This document shows positions 1-14,651 of a stretch of DNA of 64,000 nt, piece after piece. Numbering within the stretch: the stretch's first letter is position 1; each line of letters starts with the position of its first letter. Under the pieces are notes generated by a model. The model did no database searches. It saw nothing but the letters and a program-made list of their open reading frames with translations, and was not told the origin of the DNA. The DNA is from Lingula anatina. Its lineage: Eukaryota > Animalia > Brachiopoda. The position numbers and the translations under genes were made by a program. The DNA lies in assembly GCA_051362555.1 (NCBI GenBank), contig CM120641.1, positions 46,754,401-46,818,400 of the forward strand. The letters are read 5' to 3'.

Positions 1-147
1 ATACTTCTCTTCAAACAGGGACTCGTTTGATCACCAGTTAGCTAAATTCAGTCTCTTTGTTTCGTGAGAGAAGTCTTCTTGAATACTGTTGGAAAGTGTG
101 GACAAGGCAGAAAAAATGGGCCGTTAGAGCATTTCTTTCAACAGAAC

Positions 148-228
148 ATGATAACGGGAGGTGTTACGGGCGCTGGCGGGGGAGCAAGGAACCCCTGGCA
201 ACAGGTGATCCAGATGGGCTTGCAAAAG
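148..228 (+). CDS. Candidate alternative N-terminal exon A of the DPP gene (MITGGVTGAGGGARNPWQQVIQMGLQK)
   Basis: Acceptor tttctttcaacag ends at 144, aacATG at 148, 27 codons, phase-0 donor AAG|gtaggg at 228/229 compatible with exon 21422. GC-rich relative to flanks. It could instead be an internal exon of a transcript starting left of the window. Confidence 0.5.
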
Positions 229-987
229 GTAGGGACCGATAGGGCCTTCCTTTCTTCACTGTGACTGTCTTGCCTCATAAATCCAATAAACCAAATGATG
301 TAGAATGTAAATGTGACAGCTGAAATATTCGAAAACGCACAAATCAAGAAGGTACATGAGCGTGGCGTAGGTCAAGGTTGAGTACGGTAGGTTCAAATCA
401 TGACGCGGGATGCTATTGGATATCAATGAATTAATACATAATTAACTTCGTGAAGAGTTGCGTTAATTTGTCTGTTTGAAATAACTCAGAATTCACTTCC
501 GGTACTGGGAAAATATGGTCAACCAAGGAACTAGATTCCTATCTACTTTATTGGTTAAACTGATAACGTATTCCGTACACGAAGGACTGTGAACCAAGCC
601 ATCGTGCATTGTAAGCATAGAATTTAACAAGCATTAGATAAGATAAACTGTGACTTGATGCAGTAGTTCACAATAAACTTAATTACGACAGCTAAGATTA
701 GCCATCGTATAGGCTAAATGTCCTTTCTGCATGTAAAACCTATTTGCAAAGGCAGCAAAAGATGTTTTTTAACACTGGTCGCTGTGTTTAGCAGAAATCA
801 AGAATGTATTACCATAATTTACATTCTTGCAGAAATGTATGTGGGGATGCCTATGAAATCTTTCGAGATGTCCCGAAGTATCGCCACGTAGCACGTAATA
901 AAGTGAAATAATTTGAATTTAAAAGATTATTACTCTGTATATGAGAACTTAAACAGAAAGAACATTTACAGGCATACCAGATAGGGA

Positions 988-990
988 TGT

Positions 991-1032
<42 letters not shown>

Positions 1033-1052
1033 AGAGAGAGAGAAGAGAGAGA
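988..1052. repeat. Compound (GT)n(GA)n microsatellite
   Basis: Read directly from the sequence. Confidence 0.95.
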
Positions 1053-4000
1053 TGACATTAATTTGACGGTTACTCAATCGCATACCGTGTATATGTACAA
1101 GTTGATTAAGTCAGACCCAATCTGATCCAGAATCTTCTCATTCAGCCACATTTGTACCAGAGAGGACAGAAGCAATTACTCCATAGTTCGTGTGCTTGCT
1201 GGATAATGACACTGTTTAATCGTCTTTCACTTTATGAATACGGTTTAATAAGTGCGAACTTTAACAACTTTAGCACGTGTCTCTTCTTTCACCGAGGGGT
1301 CGATGTAAAGAATATGTTTTCCGGGTGTTTCGATAATATCAGATTTACATTGTTTATCGATTTATTATCCTTGTGTGTGTCATAGGACTGGAATCACGTC
1401 TCCCTTTGTGAATTGGTAAGAACCTTGGATTGTGGTTGTATAGATGTCAAATTGGACGGCAGTTGTTTCGTAAGGTATTCTTCAATACGAAATCAAGGTA
1501 AATTGAGTGATGCCGTCACGGTTAGCTTAGTGTGATGACAACCAGAAACATTTGAAAAAGTATTACAGTAAAGGATGCTGCTTTTAACAGGTAAAATGTG
1601 ATAATGTGTCCAAGAGGCTTATGGGGTCTATAAAGATCATGGCCAAAGAAAGTTGCTTTGTAACTAACCGCACCGTTCCCTTTGCCACCACCTTCACCAC
1701 TGTCACTTCCATTCGTCCCAAATACATCCTCTGAAATAGGAATAATTTTAAGCGAAGGAATCATTTTTCAATGACACAAGTTTCGTTAAAAAATAATCAA
1801 TTTCACACCCCTTATAATGAGCTGTAAAACGGCTGTAATACATGCGCTCACACATGCCAGTTGTTCATGACGTATACTAGTACACATTGTGACGGACGAC
1901 AGGGGCATATTGCCGTCCACTATTAATTGCTGTCTGGCTTAAATCAATTCTTGGATCCATCATCAACGGGCCTAAGATGAAAAGTCTACAAAAAAAAAAT
2001 CACTTTGTGACTAAGAACGAAATAACAATACAACATCATATGTGGGTTTTGTTCTGTGCTTATTAACATCGACCGACAGTTTTCATCACCATTCTCTCTC
2101 TCTCACTGCATGTTGACCAAATAATGAGAGTAACGGAATCCACAGTTTGTGGTGTTACCATTTCAGTCCATCACTTAAATCGACTCATAGACTTTCTTCA
2201 TATGTTTTACATCAGTTCTAATGATTCACTGCGTTTTCTTCGACAAACAAAGAGCGCGGAGTGTCTTCGATCTTTGTACTAATGCCCGCTTCTGAATCCT
2301 CGAAATTAGATAGAAGCTACTGAAACGCCTACTATCGATTAAGTCTATAGTAAAAGAAGTTGAACGACGTGTTGATGTTGTCTTGAACGCTTCATGTGAA
2401 CCAAAGATGGCAAAATCGAACCGTAAGTGCATTGTCCTAATTCCTCTTGGCTACTTTGTGTATTTTACGAGGAAAGCTAAGTCTGCCAGACGAATGGGAA
2501 AAGACAGATTAAAATCAAACTTTGTAAACGCCCTCTAAAACACTTGTGCGACGTGTCGACAAAACTTAAACCTGCTTCGTTTCTGTCTGTACAAAATATT
2601 CAAAGGCTTTCAAAGAAGAAAATTTTACTTCCATACCAAGATATTCTTAGAATGGTTATGAAACAAAAGTGTTGCCATATCCAAAGTTAGAAGCTTAAAA
2701 CTTTCAGTGAAGTTGACATTAAGTACTATGATATGTACTCATATTGGGCGTGTGGTCATAGGCAGCATTGAGAGACCAATACTAAGCTAGCAGTGCTATT
2801 AATTTTTTAAAACTTAAAACCTGATTTCTGTAAATGAAAGTTTTGAAGCTGTGGATCTGGGAGTGCTGATTGGTCATAAGAACCCTTCCGTTTGTACTTT
2901 TTAAGTGCACGCGCTCACAAACAATTAGCAAGGCACTGCTTGATTTTAAAATTTCTTGTTCAGAAATATCTTTAAGTGGCTATTATATAAATAATATCAT
3001 TAAAGAATGTTGAATGCTAAGAATCTTAAAACACATAAGTTACGCAAAGTAAGCAGAAAAGATGTGGTCGCAAACGCGGGACTTATGGAGGTGCAAGTGG
3101 ACGGTCTTATCTTTCACGGCCGTGTGAAATACACCTCGGGAGAATTATTTTGATGCTAGAATGGCGTTTGGATATAGTATTCACGATATACCTTTGGGGA
3201 CCACAGAAACACTTTTCTGGGGGAAACAGACCAATGCAAAACCCATTTCAGATCTATGATTATAATGTGTTATTTGAGGAGAAGAGGGTATTCTTTAGCT
3301 ATACTCTGCCTTGAGTGCATACACTCATGGGTAATGACTTTACTTGTGAACAGTGCAGATTCCCTGAACGTCTCACTTAAAAGTTCTGTCCTCCAATTCA
3401 ATGTCACTAAAAAACAGTGATTATAAACAAAGTGTGTGTAAACATCTGTTCGGCGAGGCTTTAGCGTTTTTGTATTAGTTATGGAGCAATCTGCCATTGA
3501 TTACCTTCCCTGGTGTCTCATGGACATGATTTGGTGAATCATTGCTCAGTATCAGAGGAGCAGCAACAATACAATTAGTGCTTTTAGAACGTGTAAAATG
3601 ATACTATTATCACCATTTGATTACTTCAACTTCGAGTTCTATTCATTGATTCTGTTATCAAATCATTGTATTAATCGACCGGTGCCGCCATGGCTGACAC
3701 CTTGAGGGTCAGCGTTTCCAGCCTAGAGCAGACAGCAGGTTATAGTAGAACGCTCGGCGCTGCATTGCGATAGAGGTGATGTGCTGGTGCATTCCACTGC
3801 ATCCTGCGATGAACATTAGACAAAAACTTTGCATAGACCTTTGCCTCTACCTCCAGACTTTAAGACAAACATTCGATTTAATCTGACTGTATTTGTTGCA
3901 TGTTTTGGTTTAAAACGACCGTGTCCAGATGTGGTTACTGAAATATTTTTTTTTCTGCAGGTCAAACATAAAGATCGCTATGTTGCTACCGCCCGAAATC

Positions 4001-5533
4001 ACGTTAATGTGCAAAGTCAATAGAAACAAGAATCTTCATTGAAACGTTTCTGTTTTGATAAAATTATATTCAATAGGGCTTTTTCTCCAAAATTCAAAAC
4101 ACTCATATATTATGGCCTTTTTGAATTTTTGGCAGGTACAAAACGTTCTCGTACTCGCATAAGCTTATCCGTGTACAATGTGTGCAAAGGCCAAAATATA
4201 AAAAGGTTCAATAAACAAAATTTTACGATTGTATGGTTTTATGATTATATGCTAAGGGGAGTACGGAGGGACACCTTAAGTCAAGGTTACAGATACAACT
4301 GACTGCTGAAACACTCATTCCTTCAAACCCCTGGCGACTCGAAATTGTCCCGGCGGCATTGATCGAGAATCGGTGGAATGGTCCTGGATTTTGTCCTAGG
4401 AGAATAGTCCAGGAGTGTGTGGTGTTTGTTGGGGGGGGGGGGGGGGGTCATATCTTTCTTTGTTAATACTTAATACTTATTATAATAGTTACCCAGAATC
4501 TGGTTACATAAAAAAGATAGCATTGCCTAAAAAAGAAACTAACCCCTTGTGATTGTTCTTACATGTTCACAGCATAAAGTAAAAGTATGAAGTCGCTTTA
4601 AACATTAATGGATCTATGAAATTAGATATCTGGTTACAAGTGTGACGTGTACAGAGGTTGGCAGCTGACAGTGGTCAGAAACCAGTGAATATGACAGTTT
4701 ATAATCCCTGGTGACCACAGTAATTGGTGAAAACGGACGCTGGTATTGGCAGCCCTGCCCCAGGGTAAGGGCTCCAATCGGAAATGAGTCGTATTTCATT
4801 AGCCAGCTTTTGCCCTTAATCAAATATACCAGGGACCTTTCGAGTACCAATGTTTTCACAGCTAACATGCAGTTTTTAAATTCACCAGTGTAAAAAGGCG
4901 ACTTCGTGTTTATTCAAAATCGTTTTATGTAATCAATTCAGAGACCACAGAATAGAGATGTGAAAACAGGTCCACATCACTGTGGTGTAACAATCGCACA
5001 CTGCTTACATTGAACTAGCACCCTAATGTCAATATTTGGAACAATAAGTTAATCATAAAGTGCAATGTTCCAAGGCGCACAAGCTTGGTGTGGGTATCCT
5101 TTTCCACGTCATCGCACCTGAATTCCCGCACACAAAACATTGCTGTGCAGAATTGTGCCGATTGTTATTGCAGTGCTGTACCCGTCGAATGGGCGCAAAC
5201 GCTGAGCACCCTCAAAGGCTGAATGAAACTAAATAAAACGGGTCTCCCGATAGAAGTTATTATTGAAAGGAACAATACTTTTCTGCCCTATGTTTGGGGG
5301 GCCGTAGGGACCCAGACAAGCTCCAAGTTTTCGTGGTTACAGCTCGGCTGACACTGCCAGCCTGTGTACTTAATAAGTGAGGTCCAGGTGATAAAGGGTG
5401 CCTCGCGCTGCAACTTCACTGTACCATGTAGCGTTCGAGTGGCACACTATTTCTGTACCCAGATTGCAATTGATCGAAGTTAGGCATGAACAGTGAACGT
5501 CAATGTTAGTGTCCAAGATGTGATTATAACGGT

Positions 5534-5695
5534 ATGGCAGGAGTAGCAGTCGCCGTAGATACCTATGGGCACGAGAACCATGTCTCCAAAGCTTTTGGCA
5601 ACAACTCCAAGCAGGGGCGTTACAACAACGGCAAGATCCCGCCCTGGGCCAACCCCCGCGCTCTTACTGTCGATATCCAGTTTGCAAAACTCGAG
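5534..5695 (+). CDS. Candidate alternative N-terminal exon B of the DPP gene (54 aa, MAGVAVAVDTYGHENH...VDIQFAKLE)
   Basis: ggtATGG start, 54 codons with strong C/G-ending codon bias, phase-0 donor GAG|gtaggc at 5695/5696. Confidence 0.7.
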
Positions 5696-8600
5696 GTAGG
5701 CCTTGTATTTCACATTTCTTGGACGGGGTTCGAAAGATTCCTCCATGAATCAAGTTGCGTATATAGTTTGCGTGAGATCCAATTTTTTTTCGCTTTGAAA
5801 TCATAATGTTGAAAGGCAATAGAGTTTAAGAACTGCCGGAAATGAATAAATTTCATACCTCTGCATGGACGAATTAATAATGATTGATAAACAAGCACGA
5901 GAACTGATTGGATTGCCACTGATATATTTATTTCATATTCATGTTATATTTATGTTCACCAATATATTCATTCCCACATCTTTAGTATAAAATTGTTAAA
6001 ATCCTGAAGTAAAAAATATTGACTAGCACCCACTGGTGCCGAGTGTTTGCGACATTGATCGGGTTAATAAAAACTGCTGTAGTTGAGGCCGGAAAGAAGG
6101 CTTGCGGGTCTTTTGCAAAGTTAGACATTTCAATAAAAGTTCCCTGTGAATATCTGTTACAAGTCAACATTTTCATTTTGTATTATGTAACCATTACGCT
6201 TCAGTGTTTTAGTTATCTTAGCGGTCAGTGATATTTGTGTCGGTGATATTTGCTGTATGTATAAATAGGTACGGATATAGTATGAAGTCTTTACGGCTAA
6301 CAGCCATACGGGAAACATAAAAAAAAAACTGGAGGTAAAGAGTATAAGATATGTTGATTGGGCTATTTTGAAAATTATGAGGCTGGAAAAGCTGACTCGG
6401 GTCACTGTGTTCCTGCATAGTTTTGAATAGTTTTGAACATTTGTCCATTCGGCAATAGTTAACAAGTTTGCGAGAAATTTCTGTTAGTTCCATTGTTCTA
6501 ATTTTAAGACTTGCTTACAAAATGTTATCAGTTATCCACCTTCTTTTGAGTCTTTTTACTTAGAAATCTACAAGGTTTTATTTGTGCTGGAAATACAGAG
6601 TTCCCAATGCCTTGGGGAACAGTGGCAGACCCAACACAATCTTATTATAACCAAATGATAAGATTCCAGATAGCTAGTTACGTGTTTTGCAGAGCTAGAA
6701 TATAGAAAGACTTTGGGCACGGCAACCTGAATAGCTTATGCAGACCATCAGTATTCACGTTGGGCTCTCGCAGGCCGTGTAGTAGTGCCCGTTAACGTGC
6801 ATACGTATGTTTTTACCTGCATTGGCCGTCTTGTACTTAAAATCGCTTTCAGCTGCTACAGCTGTCCGAAACGCCTTAATTGAGGCAGTGGGTTATAGGT
6901 GGTAATGAGCTGCTAGCGTTTCCAGTGCTGACGTAGTTGTTGTCCATCGGCACCCAGAGGAAAAAGTGTGTTGGATGGCGTGGTCAAACAGCTTGCATGC
7001 AACCATTACCTTTTTTGGCACAGCCACACTTTATGTGCTTCTTAAAAGTCTGGAAAGTAAACTCTTTGAGTGTTTGAGCTTCGAGATCTCGGGATCATTC
7101 CCGGTTGGATAGAGGAGTTCTGTCCATGGGGAGAGAGGGTCCGGAGGGGGCAGGTGGTTGACTCACCTTTCAACGTGTTGATCACTGCAGTACCTGCTTC
7201 AGAAACAGGTGTTTCATATTAGAGCTGACTAAAAGGCCTGATCGAGGCACAAGTGACATTTGAATCTATTTGGCCAGAAGATAAGGCTAAGAAAAAATCC
7301 CCTTGACTATAAGAGAAAGGAAAGAGTAAAAGGTCAATTTTTTCTCTTTGGAAACAAATGATAACGATGATCATGCATGTTTTCTGCTGGTGAACTGCTG
7401 AATTCGTCGCACGCTATTAATCAAAGTAGATATCGTGTAGATATTAGTAAAGGCGTTTTTTTCAGAGACAACGCTGATGGTTTTTGTTACGACTATTGTT
7501 GACATAGAGTACTCTAGGAATGTCTCGTATTGCCCCAAGATTTTTGAACGTTTGTATAAACCTAAATATACTCAGTTCTGACGCAACGCCTGTATTAGAC
7601 GTCATAAATAAGTTCTGTTTAAAACGGTTTTCACACTGGAAGTTAAAGTAAAAGTAAAACTGGATTTCACAAAAATGCAGTAGACAAATGAGTAAAAACA
7701 GAGACAACAAATTATATAGATATACAAGAATAAGTTTACATAATGTATATAAATATATCGAGGAGTTTGCTATTCCAAGATTTCCTAGCAAATCGTACAG
7801 GAATAATAGGAGGAACTTTCACTGAAAAATAGTATAGCCTATAGGCCTTTAAGAATAACGTATAGTATACATGTAGTTGTCTCATGTGTTGTGTTTAATT
7901 AATACGTCCTCAGGCGCTTTATAATAAACAGATTTGTTTGCATTCTCTGTTCTGATTTCTAGTGGTTTGAGCTAGCAGGACATTCACTGACCATTAATAA
8001 AAGTCGTTTCACGAGATTGACCGCACGAGTGTGCCTCGGGAGGTCAGATCAAATGCCCATGCTGACGCAATGACTCACTTTATCTCCAGAACAGGTACGC
8101 GTGCTCACTCACCGGAATGGCAACACGGCGAGATACTGATTGCTGCGTACGGAGAGTGAAGTCAAACACTGCAAAGTGAAGGGGTTCACGTATTAAGATC
8201 CACTCTTTCAGCCCAAGAAGGTTTTAATGAGTGCCATTGAATAAACCACTTCCTGTAGCTTTCAAGTGGGCAGTTTTAACTCCGTAAACGTTGGTGTCAG
8301 ATTTGCATCAAGGTAATGGTTCTAATCGTAGGCACAATTAGCCGATATTGAACGTCTAGTTGGTGGATCATTCAATGAATGGATGTGGTCGGAAGCTTGG
8401 GTAGTTGGTCATCTGAAAAGTTTATTTACATTCATGGAGGGAATTCGGCTCATTTGAAATTTGTTGGGGGTTTGAAAAACTTTGTTGGTGCAAAATGAAG
8501 TAATTTTATTTCAAAAAGTAAAAAAGCGGTTACGCTTCACCATATGCAACTTTTCTGATATAGATCTGAAATAACAGACTGGCCACGAAAAGCACCTGTC

Positions 8601-11230
8601 GATTTCCGTGGCGTTAACGCTATATTTGTTATTTGCGTTTGAGATTGTCCCTAAGTAATATTTCCTGTGTCCACACATCCCGCAAAATTTCGCATCTTTC
8701 CAAATCCAGACCTTAAAAAATGATATGGACAGGAGGACATGGTGGTCTTAACGTTACGGGAAACATTAAGAGCTAAATTATCTAATTAGACATGGTATAA
8801 ACCATCGCACCCAAGTGCAGTGAAGAGACGGCCAAAGGTTTGTGGGTACAGAGAATTGTTATTATTATTATCAATATTATTGATTAATTTTTTTTTTTTT
8901 TTTGGGGGGGGGGGAGGGAGGGAGTCGATTCGGCGGGATGCCCCGTATACACTGTAGGACACCTTTAATGGTACACGGTGAGTGATATTAAGGCTATGCA
9001 GGGTACAACTCCTGAAGGTATTATTAAACATCTTTTCTATTCCTGTATGAAATGCTGCAGCCAAACAAAATCTGCAGATAGAGCCTGGAGTTGACTGTTT
9101 TGTTTACCTCCGGACGCAATGTGCCTCACACTGTTTTGGATATTAGTTTTCGCATTATCTCTGCGAAACTTTCATTAAATGGTTAGTACCGAATTTGCTA
9201 CTGATATCGGCAATAGACTAAAATATCTTTTGTGCTAATAAGGAGACAGTTAACCCTATATTTGCAGCAGATTTTACTGTTAAAAAGAGTGCTATTTCAG
9301 GTAAATCCCACTGCGACAATCGCTTTCCGCCTTTTCTTTTGTCGTGAGACAGCTCAAGTCCACAACCACAACAAACACAATGATAAGGCAAATAACATTC
9401 CTGGGAGGGAAATTGCTTTTGTATTTGTTCTGTCTCTGATTTTTTCATTGATTACCTTGTGCGCATTTGAAGAATGGGGCTTTTGTACCATTTCTGCGTG
9501 CTTATTTAGCCCAATAGATGGCCTCAGAGTAGGGGCCTACGGAGGATCTTTTGCGACATTGGAAATTTTGGTTCCTTATTCTGTCGACTTTAGCAATAAC
9601 ACGATTTGTTCTAAAGGGTCTGTTTGTAAAGGATGACTTTTAGTTTACTTCGTTTTCTGCTTGTAAAAGATGAAAATTCAAACGGAAAACAACAACAGAA
9701 GAGCGTCACAGGCATCCAAAGCCAAGCAAGACACTTCACAGGCTCAGAATGTAAGTTAGAAAAAAAACTAGTGCCTGTCTCAAGTACAACAGACTGGTTT
9801 TACTTAAATGAGGCGTGGGTGCGTTTTATATCAGCTAGCGTTTTATATCAAGTAGCTCGGGACAGTCGGTAATTTTGATCGTTTTCAACAGTTCGCATGA
9901 GGAAAGTTTTGTGGTATTTTGAGATGAAAGACGCTGATGGAATCATTCCGTTGATAAATTACGTCAAAATCGTCCGTCGTGCTGTATGACTTGCTCTGTA
10001 TGCCGTTTGTTTTGCTTTAATGTATTAAATTTAGGAGGGAATACTTTACTTATATTAAAAAAATCAAAAATAGATAAATAAATAAATAAATCAGACTTCT
10101 TCCTGATATTTGAATGACTGATTGCACTTGTTTTGTTTGTATTATTTAATGTCTAATTATATATAATTTACTATTTATTCATTGAAAATACTTTTCCATC
10201 ATTTTGATTATCTCTCACATATTATAGGCCTCCATGCATAATTTCAAATTTTGATTTTTGTTGAAATTAAATTTGATGTTAGAATCTTTGAAACGTAGCA
10301 TATTTGAGATTTTCTATGCAAAGGATATGCGCTTTATATATCTTGAAACGTCTGTTACAGCAATAAAAAAGTAGTCAAATGGTACTGTATAAGATATGTT
10401 CAGCCTAGGGTTTGATCAGATTTGTTATTGTAGTTAAATACTGGAGCCTGAACTTCCCTTGTTCCGTTCTTTTAAAGTTTAGAAAGTACACCTTTTTTCT
10501 TGCCTTAAGTACAAACTTTCGTTGGCTCCTTTCATTTGGCGGAACATTTCCTGTTTTTGATAGAAATCATCACACGCCTGTTATTATTTAATGAAGTTGG
10601 TATTAATATTGATTTTCAAGCTTCTCATCTGAAAAGAAATATGTATACATTCCGCGTGACGCGTTATTTTCTTTGACGTTTAGAAAAAGGCAGTGTTTGG
10701 ATACGACTGAATGCATATTTTCACCCGTTTCCAGCATTTCAACTGTTATGTTCACGCTATTAATTCCACATAATGAAACATGGGGATTTGTACACTACCC
10801 GTCTTGGTCAAACTGAGATTAATGGAAGCCTCACTGATTCACAAGTACCTTCTAAGTTTATGGTATAATACATCACTTGAATATGGTTATTTATTATTTA
10901 CTTAAGTTGAAAGTTTGTATGTGCTTTTATGTTACATTTTACTAAAGGTGCTCAAAAAGATTGTGACACGCCATTAGGCCACGCTGAAAGGCGAAGTTTT
11001 CCTCTGTTGAATTTGAAAGGGTGCAGCAAAGGGCCATTTATTTTAAGTCCACTCTTTGTTGGCAAGTAGTCTAGCTTTTAGATATTCTTCAAATGAAAAT
11101 TCAGTTGAAGAAAAGACTTAATCAGTTGTGGAATGATGGTCAAGTAGAATCATTTATAACTTGCTCGCACCGCGACTGCGTTCTTAAAATGCATAGTTCA
11201 CCAGTGCAGTAAGAGGGGTTGTATCTGAAA

Positions 11231-11272
11231 ATGCCCGCCACTGCCTCAAGACAGGTTTCCACGGCAGAATCG
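11231..11272 (+). CDS. Candidate alternative N-terminal exon C of the DPP gene (MPATASRQVSTAES)
   Basis: aaaATG start, 14 codons, near-consensus phase-0 donor TCG|gtgagt inside a local GC-rich island. Confidence 0.5.
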
Positions 11273-13621
11273 GTGAGTTGATGGCTCTGGGGGTCTCGTG
11301 TTGTCGTACTCAGGTCACAGGGCGGACAGAACTCTTCACCTGCCCGTCACCTTGTTAGGGGGCAGGGCTGAAAATAGATCATTAACAATCTGAGATTAAT
11401 GTTGCTAAGGGGCATGATATTCTAGAATTGGCATTTTGAGAGAAAGTAAATGTACTTAATATATCCTTAGGACTAGTAATGACAGTAAAATTGATTACTA
11501 GGGATGCATTGCAATATTAAGTAGAGTTCCTCATTGATTTGTGGCAGGAATGCTTACTTTAAGTTTGCCCACCAGGTGGTGCTGGGGTGCGTGTAGCTCA
11601 TGGATTTCCATGAGCGGGTGGGAGCATGGATATGTATGGTCAGCGCTAAAGTAATGACGTGTATTATCTTTATTCACTTATGTGTTTCTCTGTTTAGTGC
11701 ATGTACTTTACAAATAGGCTTCTTCGAAAATTGATTTTTAAATTGATTTGTAACTTAAATGTTACAAACATTTTAAAATCTGATTGGGATTTCCCCATGG
11801 TTTTTGTCTTTTAGTGCTGCACCGATAATATGATTTCCGCCGGTGTAGTTAATAATTATAATTGTTTTGTGGAGAAAAAAATATGTTGAAATTTAAATGA
11901 CTCATTATCTATCTTTTCCGCAGGATATTTTAGCAACAGCAAATTTTTACTGAATAATTTATTAAATGATCTCAAATTGCAGTGATGAATTATGTCGAAT
12001 CAGAGTGAAAAGTCTTTTTAGTTTCCAAGTTGTATTTCAATTTGCCTGAAGTTTCTTTACCTATCCTCAAAGGATTTTCTTTCAAAGTAATTCGACAAAC
12101 AGTGGGAAGTGAAACATTCATATATATTTCCCTATAATCATCCTAGAAAAAATAAGTGGAAAATAATCTCCTTTATGCCTGAGTTAAGTGTGTGTTTGTA
12201 TTGATTTTTCTTTAATATTACACATAATCAAGGCCCACTGTGTACTAATAGTACACCAGCTGATTATACAATTGCCTGCGCCGTGTCCCAGAGGGCCAAC
12301 GCTCCTGCTAATCTTAACAATTCTATCCGCCGGTACGGGGAGAAAACACGATTATTTAAACTTTTACAAAAAGTGCAACGTACAGTAATCCATCACCAAT
12401 AGTTGCAAAGTGGGAAAACTTTGGTGGATTGGGCAGATAAAAGATGTTCTGATCAATTCGTTTACGTTCCCTGTGGAGGTTCATTTCATTTGTCATGACA
12501 CTGGAGAAGTCAATTTCCTGCGGTGATAGCAAGTTAATCAGTCCCTGGAGCCCGCCAGAGCTGGAGAGGGACTGCTCTTCTTGAAAATAAAAAGTAAAAG
12601 AAGAAGTGCTCCAAGAAAAAAAGCCTGGATGGTACTGACCTTTAAAGAAGGTGACGGGAGCTCAACCTGATTAATTAAATTCTTTGAAAGAATATTTAGT
12701 CTTAAAGTGATTACAAGTTGGCATGGCAACATGACTGTATCTGCCTGTTGCTCTTACCTGGTTTCCCCAGCAGGTTCCCTTGGTAAAAATACCGTCTCCC
12801 TCAGCCAGCGGTGAGCAGCAGCACAGTTTACGGTTGGCTAAGTCTCTGGCAGCTGCCAACTTTCCTAGGAAACACATACAATAACAAACCAGGTAGATGT
12901 GCCGTAGCTCCACTGCTTGCTGGGCTAAGGGATCATTTCTTGGTATATTCAGACTGCTTTTTCAAGCACATGCGGGTAGATGGTGGCTATTTGAGGCTGG
13001 TAATTGTTGTCAGCGGTGAAATTGGATCTTTGACTAATATACTGCCTTGGCTTAGAACTGAGCTTGGGACCATTGTCTGTGCCATAATAAGTTGGATAAC
13101 AAGGACATTCGGGAAGTGGTTTTGCAGGCTGCTACTACCCTAAGCTTCTTCAATGGTGCATCAGACACATGTAGAGCAGGAGCATTGGTTCATTAGTGGT
13201 AGACCAGCTAAACAAATATATCTACATTTATACTTGTGATTTATATTGAGTGTTTTAGGAATGCTGTTGGCCTTGAGAGTCTCAGTCTGCAAAGAACTTA
13301 TCTATGGCTGGTATATTAACGGCAACTTGAGGATCATTGTCTGAGAAATTAATCGGAGTGTAATTGACTGGAGTTTGGTGAACTTGACAAGTTTTTGAAA
13401 AGCAATCTCTCATTAGGGTTATCTTTCATGCTCTGAGGGATATCTTTGTCAGATTTAACTAGCTGACCTATTGGAGACATGGTCAGTATATAAGAGACCT
13501 TTACAAGCAAATACATAGAGAGTAGCTGCCAATTTTCAGGTGTGAAGCACCAAAAGTCAACAAGCGGTTTTGTTTAACATTTTGAAATACCTGTGAACAA
13601 TCTCACAATTACAAGACAGAG

Positions 13622-13684
13622 ATGGCCGATGAAAACGAAAAGTCTGAAAAGTCTCAGCAAGGCAGTCAGAATGGCGATGGTGAA
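13622..13684 (+). CDS. Candidate alternative N-terminal exon D of the DPP gene (MADENEKSEKSQQGSQNGDGE)
   Basis: gagATGG start, 21 hydrophilic codons, phase-0 donor GAA|gtaagt; possible upstream acceptor ttttcag at 13539. Confidence 0.65.
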
Positions 13685-14250
13685 GTAAGTCAGATATTAA
13701 TTCCATTATTTAATGGGTGATTACTGTATGTTTAAAATCTATCTTAAGTCAAACTAGCATGCAACATGGGAAGATTTATCAAACAATTAAACAGTTGTAT
13801 TAGGTAATATAAGATAAATTTCCCATAGTGTGGGTAGTGTCACCTCAATCCCACGAGTGTTTTGTATTTGATAAATTAATTGCACATGATTGGCTCCAAT
13901 TTAAAATTCCATTATGTATACAATACCATATATTACAGTGAAAACATGATTCCCTGACTTGGTTGCTACTTGAAGATTGTTTTATTTTATAAACATAGGT
14001 CTTCACTAGAAATTATGGGTGAACAAAGCATGATGAATATTGAATAGAAAATAGATTGACAGTTGTTAAATGTCACTATGACAAAGTACTTGTGTAAAGG
14101 TTAAATCTAGATGTTTTTCTGTGTGAATGATAGATTCTATTAGCATTTCACTTTTCTTATTCATTTAAAAACATAGGTAACTTAATTTTGCTGATATAAT
14201 AAAGGTTATTACAATGAGAAGCATGCTATTTAGAATCTTGGTGGAAGAAC

Positions 14251-14285
<35 letters not shown>

Positions 14286-14586
14286 AAAGAAAAAGGAAGA
14301 TGTTAATGTTCCTTGTCCCTGGTATCTCATTGCACACAAACATGGACAGTGAATCAAAAATAGCCCAGCACACAATAGCCTGGTTTTTAATTGCAGACAG
14401 AGATTAATGCCACTGAAAGAAGTTCTATTAATTAATAAGCATCTGGAAGTTCCTGTTTGCACGCCTGTTTACACTACCAGTTTTTTTTTTAGCAAGATGC
14501 GATGTTGAATAATGTGTATCTCCCTTAGCCCCCTGATGGCTTAAATATCAAACCCATAAGTATGCAGACACCCTGCTAGAATAAGG

Positions 14587-14588
<2 letters not shown>

Positions 14589-14646
<58 letters not shown>
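14589..14646. repeat. (AT)n microsatellite
   Basis: Read directly from the sequence. Confidence 0.95.

Positions 14647-14651
<5 letters not shown>

Noticed and set aside
4711-4764. Open stretch ending in a strong donor AGG|gtaagg
   Set aside because: In-frame TAA at 4702 and no ATG; at most a 5' UTR exon.
8070-8094. ATG...ACAG|gtacgc as another DPP first exon
   Set aside because: The donor is phase 1, incompatible with the phase-0 acceptor at 21422.
9232-9872. 134-aa and 79-aa + strand ORFs
   Set aside because: Non-ATG start for the first, no recognisable motif and no consistent splice structure.
12629-12892. GC-richer block with several ATG and GT sites as a DPP first exon
   Set aside because: The available ATG-donor pairs are phase 1 or 2 or hit stops; it may be a non-coding exon, but this is unsupported.
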